A DNA stretch of 32,000 bases, from positions 390,001 to 422,000 of the forward strand of contig NC_006055.1 in assembly GCF_000008305.1 (NCBI RefSeq), read 5' to 3'. The DNA comes from Mesoplasma florum L1. Lineage in GTDB: Bacteria; Bacillota_I; Bacilli_A; Mycoplasmatales; Mycoplasmataceae. Shown here one piece after another: positions 11,278 to 20,192 of the stretch. Below the pieces are notes generated by a model, which was not told the origin of the DNA, did no database searches, and saw only the letters and a program-made list of their open reading frames with translations. Made by a program: the position numbers and the translations under genes. The stretch's first letter is position 1. Each line of letters starts with the position of its first letter.

Positions 11278-14200
11278 TTATACATTATCTTGTAATTTAC
11301 CAAAACTTTCATCAAATCATTTACTATATGATCACCTATATCACATAATTTTTGGTTCTGTTCCACCATAAGTATCTGGTATCATACCTTCAAATGCATC
11401 AAAAAGAATTGATCATGTCATTAATCCTCTAATCTTAATTCCATCAGAATTTAATAAATTGTAAGCTTTATTGAAAGCTTCTTTTGAACCTGCTCCTCTT
11501 CCAGCTGGTTCATTTGTTGAAGCACCAATAATGAATTTATCTGCTGGTATTTGATAAAAACCATTTTGATTATTAGGCTTTGAAGTAATATATTTTGACA
11601 TTAAATAATAAAATTCACCACGCTTGTCAACATTATCATTTGTAATATATGTATTTTGTTGAACACCTGTTTTTTTAGCATCTTCACTTGTTTCTACTAG
11701 AACACCATCCCCTCAACCATTATAAAATTGGGGATTTATTCAGTCATAATAACCATCAAGACCATCTAAAAATTCTTTATAGTTACCATCAGCTTCTTTG
11801 ATTTTTCTAAGGTAAGGAAATTCAGGGGCCATAGTTATAATAAAATCTTTTCCTTCAGATTTATACTCATCTTTTAATTCTTTAAGAGCTTCAGCTGTTA
11901 CATTTTTACTTTCTGAACTTTTTAAAGATTCAGATTCTCAATCTATGTCTAATCCATCAAAACCATATTCGTTAATTACACTTTTAATTGCTGTTTTTAA
12001 TTGATCTTTTTGATCATTTCTAAATTTCATATGTTCAGCAGTAGCTCCTCCCATTGATATAAGTACTCTTTTACCTTGAGATTGTAATGCTTTAACTCCT
12101 TCTTTTATTGCGGCAGGATTATTAGGACTATAAGTTGGCATTTGATATTCTACAGTAGAATATAAAAATGATAAATTAATAACATTATAAGAAGAAGTTA
12201 ATAAATCTTTATCATTTAATGCAATTTTATTTTCAAAATTTCCTCCTCAATCATAATGATACCCAACTAGGGTTTTTACTTCATATTGAACTTGTACACT
12301 ACCTTTATATTTGGCTAAATTATTAGATTGAATCGTTGCTACTTCATTTGTTTTATTAATTACTTTTAAATCTTTTTCTTGAATTGTTGTATTTGGGTTA
12401 AATTTTAAAATGTTTCTAATTATTCCTGAATCTAAATTATCAGATATACCTTTTAAATTTCTTTCTTTTATTAAAGTGCTTAAATCAACTGCATTCGATG
12501 TATCTATAATATATTCTATTTTAACTGAACCACTATATTTTGTTGGATCAGTTGATTTAACCAAGGCGTTTGATATAGTAATTGATTGTGAATCAATCCC
12601 TATTGCATTAATATCTATATTTGGATTTTTTGATTTAATAACTTGTTTGATTGTATTTTCATCAGTTGAGCTTAATGTTCCTAAATTAGTTTGTTTTAAT
12701 ACAGAAGAAAGAGGAACAGCTTTTGAAGTATCAAGTTTAAAAGTTATGTTTACACTTCCTTTATATTTGCTTGGACTATTTGATGTAACTATTGCTGATG
12801 TTTCAGTTATATTGTTAATATCTACGTAATTAACTTCTAAATTAGAATTCAATTTTGATAATTGACTTTTAATAGTTATTTCATCTAATTTATTTAAAGT
12901 ACCTAAATTTGTATTTGTAATTACTGATGCTAAATCAATAGCTAAAAGATTTTCATCTACTTCAAAAGTTAAATCAAGATAACCTTCTTTAGGATTGATA
13001 TAAACATTTTCATTAGTTGAAGTAACTCTAGCTCAACCTCAACCACTTGAAGAATTAAAACCAGCATCATATATTCTTACATAATTAGAATTTAACTTAG
13101 AATTATCTTTTACTAAAGCATTTAATATTAAATCAGGATCTGCATTTGGTAAAACAGTTGTAATGTTTTTATTAGTTATAACATTTGTTAAATTAGTTTT
13201 TTCTGGTTTTGTTCCATTGATAGTAAATGTTACATTTACAGAACCTGTATATCTTCCAGAAGCTGATGAATTAACTCTTGCTGATGTTTGAGTTATATAA
13301 TCAATTGAAATATCAGAAGCTAATAAATTTGAGTTTTTTGCTAAAATACTTGCTTGAATTGTTGAAGCATTATTATCTTGTAAACTACCTAAATTAGTAT
13401 TAACTAAAACTGAACTTAAATTTTGTTTAACAACTTGAATAGTAAATGAAACATATACAGAACCTGTATATCTTCCAGAAGCTGATGAATTAACTCTTGC
13501 TGATGTTTGAGTTATATAATCAATTGAAATATCAGAAGCTAATAAATTTGAGTTTTTTGCTAAAATACTTGCTTGAATTGTTGAAGCATTATTATCTTGT
13601 AGATTACCTAAATTAGTATTAATTAAAACTGAACTTAAATTTTGTTTAACAACTTGAATAGTAAATGTTACATTTACAGAACCTGTATATCTTCCAGAAG
13701 CTGATGAATTAACTCTTGCTGATGTTTGAGTTATATAATCAATTGAAATATCAGAAGCTAATAAATTTGAGTTTTTTGCTAAAATACTTGCTTGAATTGT
13801 TGAAGCATTATTATCTTGTAGATTACCTAAATTAGTATTAATTAAAACTGAACTTAAATTTTGTTTAACAACTTGAATAGTAAATGTTACATTTACAGAA
13901 CCTGTATATCTTCCAGAAGCTGATGAATTAACTCTTGCTGATGTTTGAGTTATAGAAGTGATATTAATATCTTTTGTTGTTAATTTAGGATTTAATTTAA
14001 TGACTGCTTGTTGAATTGTTAGCACGTTGTTATCAGATAAAATACCTAAATCTTTTTTAGTAATTACACTACTTAAATTTGGTTTTATTGTTTGTAATGT
14101 AAAAACAACTGTGAGTGAACCATTATATATAAAATCATTACCTATTATTAATGCTGATGTTGAATCTATTTCTGTGATTTCAAAACCATTAATGTTAATA

Positions 14201-14619
14201 TCTGGATTTTTTGATAAGATTGCATTTCTAATCGTACTTTCTGATTTATTACTTATTGTACCCAGATCAGTATTTATGATATTGTCTTCTAAAGCTGGAA
14301 CAATGTAAAAAGAAACTGTAATTTCACCATTATATTTATCTTGACCAATTAAAGTTGCTTTTCCTGAACTTTCACTTGTACTAATATTAGTTATTTCAAA
14401 ATCTGATGTAACTAACTTTGGATTATTTAATAAAACAGCTTGTCTTATTTCATATTCTGTTGGTTTATTTATAATTCCTAAACTCTTTTTTTCAATGACT
14501 ATTGCAATATTAATTTTTTTAGTATTAGTGCTACATGATACAGCTAAAATTGTTGTTGGAACTGTCAATGATATCGTGCCTAATAAACCTAATAATTTTT
14601 TCAAAACATTTTTCCTCAC
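11278..14619 (-). CDS. Large surface lipoprotein (1113 aa) with tandem beta-type repeats and a C-terminal glycoside hydrolase family 18 (chitinase-like) domain
   Basis: Lipoprotein signal MRKNVLKKLLGLLGTISLTVPTTILAVSCS. About ten ~70-aa repeats (..LGxLxxxxxxTIxxxILxxNxxL...YxGSVxVxFxI..). C-terminal VGYHYDWGG...VLISMGGA...YGFDGLDIDWE...FIITMAPEF...GLMTWSILFDAF matches GH18 landmarks. One continuous code-4 frame joins four track ORFs. Confidence 0.88.
13221..13954 (-). repeat. In-frame tandem repeat tract, 219-nt (73-aa) period, about 3.3 near-identical copies
   Basis: gaacctgtatatcttccagaagctgatg recurs at 13241, 13460, 13679 and 13898, spaced exactly 219 nt. A diverged equivalent is at ~14117. 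Confidence 0.95.
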
Positions 14620-14788
14620 TATTTATTTACAAAATCATTATAAGTTATATAAAATTGTTAATAAATAAAAGATAAGTGTGATATGTAAGTTTATTTTTGA
14701 GTAAATTTAAAAAGTAATTTTATAAGTGTTTAAAAAATAAAGTTAAAATTAAAATTGCACATTTTTTTAATAATTTAAAATAAAAAAT

Positions 14789-14824
14789 ATGCTTTGGCTC
14801 GAAAGACCAAAACATATTTTTAAT
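14789..14824. terminator. Intrinsic terminator
   Basis: AAAAATATGcTTTGG-(ctcgaaaga)-CCAAAaCATATTTTT. Confidence 0.8.
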
Positions 14825-14836
14825 TATATTTTTTAA

Positions 14837-15088
14837 TTATTTTTTAGCTTGTTGCATTGCACGCATTGTTTTTTTAATATCTGATTCACTTGGTTTTCTT
14901 CCCATGCTCATGTACATTGCGCGAATTTGTTTTTCTGTAACAGGTGGGTTGTCTTTTAATTGTTTTTTAACCATTGCTCTAGTAATGAAAAAACCAATAA
15001 TTGCTCCTAAGATAATTGCTCCTAAGATAACTCCGATTAGCATTCCTGCTAATCCTCCTGCTGAAAATTCTGTTGTTAATAATACCAT
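14837..15088 (-). CDS. UPF0154 / YneF-like small membrane protein (83 aa)
   Basis: GVILGAIILGAIIGFFITRAMVKKQLKDNPPVTEKQIRAMYMSMGRKPSESDIKKTMRAMQQ is the characteristic YneF pattern. Confidence 0.9.
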   Translation of the reverse strand: MVLLTTEFSAGGLAGMLIGVILGAIILGAIIGFFITRAMVKKQLKDNPPVTEKQIRAMYMSMGRKPSESDIKKTMRAMQQAKK

Positions 15089-15123
15089 AATTTCACTCTA
15101 TTCTATTTTTTCTTAATTTTAAA

Positions 15124-17091
15124 TTATTTTATAACCTTTTTAATTTTATTAAAAATTTGCTCACTTGTAAATCCATATTGACTAATTACTGTATTAGCTG
15201 GTGCACTTGCTCCAAAAACATCAATTCCAATGTTTAATCCATTGTCACCTGTATATTTGCTTCATCCATAAGTTGTTCCCATTTCAATTGAAACTCTTAA
15301 AGTTGATTTATCAATAATTTTATCTTTATATGATTGATCTTGTTGATCAAATAAGTTTGTTGAAGGCATTGAAACTACTTTTGCAATGATGTTATCTTCT
15401 TTTAGTCTTTTAGCTGTTTCTATCGCTAAACCAACTTCACTACCTGTTGCTATTAAAGTTACTGAAGCATTAGGTTGATCAAAAATAATATATGCTCCTT
15501 TTTTAACTTCTTCATAAACATCATTATGTGGTAATTGAACTAAGTCTTGTCTAGTTAAAACTAAAGTAGAAGGACATTTTTTTAAGTCTTGTAAAGCTAT
15601 TTTATAAGATGCTAATGTTTCAGCATAATCAGCTGGTCTAAATGTAATGTGATTTGGAATACTTCTAATCATTGCTAATTGCTCTATTGGTTGATGAGTT
15701 GGTCCATCTTCTCCAACAGCAACTGAATCATGAGTAAATATAAACAATTGTTGTGTATTCATAATTGATGATAAACGCATTGCTGGTTTCATGTAATCTG
15801 AGAATACAAAGAATCCACTTGAGAATGGAATTAAACCACCATGTTGATGAATACCATTATTTATAGCTCCCATAGCAAATTCTCTAACACCATAAAGAAT
15901 ATTTCTTCCACTTCTGTTATCAATATCAAATTGACCATCAGCACCTTTAATTCTTGTTGATGAAACTAAATCAGCTGAACCACCAATTAAAAATTTAACT
16001 TGAGAATTTATGCTATCTCAAATGTTTCCTGAACTAACTCTAGTAGCTTCTGCTTTTTCTGGAGTTTTACCTTTTAATGCTTCAAAATCAAAATTAATTT
16101 CTTTGTTAATAGCATCTGTAAATTGTTTTGCTAATTCTGGATTTTTAGTTTTTAAAGTATTTAATGTTTCGTTTCATTTTTTTTCAATTATTAAATTTTT
16201 TGAAATATTTTCATTTCAATGTTTATAAATATCAGTTGGTATTTCAAAATCATCAAATTTTCAATCAAAAACGTTTTTAACTGTTTCGATATCTGAACCA
16301 ATTGGGGCACCGTGTACTGCACTAGTCCCTTGTTTTGTGGCCCCTATACCAATAATTGTTTTAACTTCAATATATGTAGGTTTATCTGATACTTTGGCAT
16401 CATTAATAGCTTTTTCAATAGCTACTAAATCTTCACCATCATTAATTTTTAAAGTATTTCATTGAGCAGCTTTAAATCTTTCGTGCATATTTTCACTTTG
16501 AGCTTTTTCAACTTTGTCATCTAATTGAATATCATTTGAGTCGTGAATTAAAATTAATTTGTTTAATTTTAATCTACCAGCTAAACTAATTGATTCTTGA
16601 GCTACACCTTCTTGTAAATCTCCATCACCACATAAAACAAATGTATGGTGATCAACTAATTTTAAATCTGATTGATTATATACTGATGCTGTATGAGATT
16701 CAGCAATTGCCAATCCAACAGCCATAGCAATTCCTTGACCTAAAGGTCCAGTTGTTACATCAACCCCTTCAGTTAAGTGAGATTCAGGGTGACCTGGTGT
16801 TTTACTATTTCATTGTCTAAAGTTTTTAATTTCATCCATTGATAAATTATAACCAGCTAAATGTAATGCTGAATATAATAAAGCACTTCCATGCCCTGCT
16901 GATAATACAAAACGATCTCTATCAAATCACTTAGGATTTTTAGGATTGTGTTTCATAATTTTGTTAAATAAAGTATAAACGATTGGTGCAGCGCCTAATA
17001 CAATACCTGGGTGACCTGAATTTGCTTTATTAATTGCAGAAACTCCTAAAATTCTTAAAGCATTTAAATTGTTGTTATTTTTGTTTATCAT
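15124..17091 (-). CDS. tkt: Transketolase (655 aa)
   Basis: [29 protein letters not shown], and ..[22 protein letters not shown].. / [20 protein letters not shown] motifs. Code-4 frame. Confidence 0.96.
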
Positions 17092-17329
17092 ATTTATCTC
17101 CTTCATTCTTTAGTTTGCTTGGTGTTACATCATTTCCTTGTGCATCTATTACTTTTGTACTTTTTAATTGTTGTTCAAAACCATTTCTAAAGTAATTCAA
17201 GTATAGAACTTTTAATTCTTCTCTATATGCACTTTCTTCTGATGTCAGTTCACGATCCTTTTTGATTTTTGCCAAACGATTTATTTCTTGAATAACTTCT
17301 GGCATTGACATTTCTTTTGATTGACTCAT
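17075..17329 (-). CDS. DUF896 (YnzC-like) family protein (84 aa)
   Basis: MPEVIQEINRLAKIKKDRELTSEESAYREELKVLYLNYFRNGFEQQLKSTKVID. Overlaps the tkt start by 17 nt. Confidence 0.9.
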   Translation of the reverse strand: MSQSKEMSMPEVIQEINRLAKIKKDRELTSEESAYREELKVLYLNYFRNGFEQQLKSTKVIDAQGNDVTPSKLKNEGDKYDKQK

Positions 17330-17357
17330 TTTAATACCCCTTTAAACTTATTTTATA

Positions 17358-18455
17358 CTAAACTAATGGTTTTCTTAATGTTGTTTCAACTTCAACATTA
17401 CTTGTAGGAATATTTATTGTTACTTTCATTGGATTTTTAACTTTAAAGTTAAATCAACCTAACCCTGAAATAGATATTTCAAATTCTTTGTTTATATCTT
17501 TTTCATTAAATATAAACTCTCTTTTAACAAAGTTATTGTCTAAATTATATGGAACAATATTTTCTTTATTTCTTGTGTAATAATCAAATGCGTTTTTTGT
17601 ATTAGTTCTATGTAATTTGATTTCTTTGTTATTGAAGAAATGAAAACTGTTAATTTCATCACTTTCTCATTCAAAATCAACTCAAGCAATACCTGCATAA
17701 AAGATTGAATTAAATGGCTTTAATTGAAAAGTATTTTGTGCAACTTCTTTATTGAAGTAAATATATTTTCAATCTTCTTTATCTAATAAATTAGCTGCAG
17801 AATTGCTTCTAGCGATTCCTGGTGTATCAAATATAATATCATCACTTGATAATTTAATTTGAATGAAGTCTAATGTTGTATTAAAGTATTTAGATTCAAC
17901 TATTTGAGGTATTAAGTTATTAGTTCTTAAAAGTGAATTAATAATTGAAGATTTACCAACATTAGAGCTCCCAATGAAATATTTTTTAGTTTTAGTTTTC
18001 TTAATTTTATTTAACAAACTATTTGTAAAATTATTTTTAAAACTTGTGTTTAAAATAATATTTGCATCGTATATAGCACTTTTTGCAAATAGATCAGTTA
18101 TATATCTTCTTATTTTTGCTAGTTTTACAGCTTTAGGGAGTAAATCTATTTTATTAACTACAATTGTAACTGGGTATCTTTTAATAGCTTCTTCAATTTC
18201 TTTAACTCTACTTCCTTCTAAATCAAAAATATCGATTATATAAAAGAATTCTATATCTTTTGGTTTATCATTTTGAATTAAAGTTTTTAATTTTAAAATA
18301 AATTGCTCAGCATTTATTTCTTGATTAATTAATTCATTATAGTTTTTAATTTTAAAACATCTTAAACAATATTCATTTTCTGGTTTAATGACATAACCAG
18401 GTTTATTTTGATCTTTATTTTGTTTTAAAATTCCACAACCTATACACTTGCTCAT
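17358..18455 (-). CDS. yqeH: YqeH-like ribosome biogenesis GTPase (365 aa)
   Basis: N-terminal CIGCG...CLRC zinc finger. Circularly permuted G motifs: NKIDLL (G4), GSSNVGKSSIINSLL (G1), DTPG (G3). Confidence 0.88.
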
Positions 18456-19351
18456 GTTTCCCCCATTTGTTTGTTCATAATATAACTTAAGAACTTTATT
18501 AAAACTAATATTTTTAATACATCATCATAACAATGTGATCTAGCTTCTTTTAAACTTTTAGATAGTTTATTGTGTTCATATTGTGAAACATTTTCTAAAC
18601 TAAATAGTTTTAAAGCTCTACTACATAAGAATGTTATATTATCATCTTTAAAATTATATTTATTATGTAGATCTTCTGTGTAGTCGAAGAATTTTTTTAA
18701 ACTTCTTATTTTAATAGAATCATCTACATCACCCTTTTTAAGGTTTTGTTCATTATAAAATTTTTCCCCATTTTTTGAATAATTAGAAAAACTTAAATTT
18801 TGTTCTAACGCATCATATATATCAAAACTATTTAACTTATAGCTTTTTGTATCTTTATTGAAAATAAATAAATCAGTTTTTTTATTCTTAAATAAAGCTT
18901 TATATGTATTAATTCATTGTTCGATTATTTTTTTATCATTATCTTGTCCTGCAAAAATAATTGTTCTAATGTTTTTGTTAACACACATATTAATAAAACA
19001 TTTAATCATTGACTGATATTGATTTTTAAAATTATATTTATCATCATTGATTTTTCTTTTAATTGATAAACTGTTTATTGATTTATGATTGTTTCTTGTT
19101 AAAACTTCATTGAAATTCTTAGCAAATGAATAGTTCATTAAATAAACTATATCTTTTTCTTCTTCACTATATAATTTAGGTTTTATGTTTTCAAAGTCAT
19201 GACTACGATTAAAAAATTCTGTATCTAATATTAGAACCGGAAATTTAATTTCTTTTAATTTATTTTGTAAACCTTCAAAATTAAAATGAATTGATTGGTA
19301 TTTATTCAGTTTTATTGAATTATCTTTAATTTCCAAATTTTTATACTTCAT
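18440..19351 (-). CDS. Hypothetical protein (303 aa), possible exonuclease-fold (DEDD-like) protein
   Basis: ATG 19351 after SD AAGAAGAGAAC. Motifs VLILDTEFFN, IIFAGQDNDKKIIEQW and SHCYDDVLKI; 16-nt overlap with the downstream yqeH-like gene. Confidence 0.7.
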
Positions 19352-19453
19352 AGTTCTCTTCTTTTCCTTTTTATATTTTAACAAATTAATATATTATTTC
19401 ATTGTTGTATAATCTTATTTATAGGTTATAAACACTAAATGGAGGTATTTTTA

Positions 19454-20158
19454 ATGATATTAAGTAAATTAACTAGTAACATTTTAATTAATGAATTAAT
19501 TGATGATATAAATTCTTGCATTAAAAATATGAATTTAGTTGAGGAATTGAACCAAAGTAAAGATTATAATTTCAATAATTTGCATGAGATTTATAATAAT
19601 AAATTAATAGAATTATTTGAATTAGATAACAATCTTTCTTCTATAAATATTTTTATAGAAGATTTTACTCAGCAGGTAAGTAAGATGTTAATTGATGAAA
19701 AGCAAACATTTAAATTAAATGATTCAAAAGAACAAGAAAATAAAAAAAGAGTTTTTGAATTCATTATTTTCATTCAAAATAAACTTTTAAATTATAAAAA
19801 AATAATTATATCTTTAAACTGAATTCTAGAAAAAATGGGTAATGCCATTGAAATAAATGAAAATAATAAGAATGAGTTTGATTCATTAGTTGATTTTAAT
19901 ATTGAAAGAAGATTTAAAAAAATAAGAGAAGATATTGAATTAAGTTCAAATTTATTAGATTCTCAAAATCTATTTATCAATGAATTTGAAAAATTGAATT
20001 TAAATGATAAAAAGGAAATACTAGAAAAATTATTAAACTCAATCAATTTTGATTCCATTTTAGAAATGCATGATATTGACGAAATTATTAGAATATCACA
20101 AATGTCTACTTCAATAAATTTTTTAATTAAGTTTATTGAAGTTATTAATAAAATATAA
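19454..20158 (+). CDS. Hypothetical cytoplasmic protein (234 aa)
   Basis: ATG 19454 after SD GGAGG at 19441-19445. Frame continues through TGA(Trp) to TAA 20156-20158, joining two track ORFs. Confidence 0.75.
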
Positions 20159-20161
20159 AAT

Positions 20162-20192
20162 AAAAAACACTTTTAAAAGTGTTTTTTATTTT
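20162..20192. terminator. Bidirectional intrinsic terminator
   Basis: AAAAAACACTTTTAAAAGTGTTTTTT between convergent genes. Confidence 0.85.

Noticed and set aside
12410-12829. Plus-strand 139-aa ORF
   Set aside because: Antisense of the repeat lipoprotein, with no independent coding signal.
11278-12852. Apparent pseudogene or fragmented chitinase gene in the ORF track
   Set aside because: All interruptions are TGA codons (Trp in code 4); one frame runs from 14619 to 11278.
13221-13954. Evenly spaced repeats considered as a CRISPR-like array
   Set aside because: The repeats are a contiguous 219-nt protein-coding unit in a single open frame, without unique spacers or cas genes.
14027-14308. 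Plus-strand 93-aa ORF
   Set aside because: Antisense of the repeat lipoprotein.
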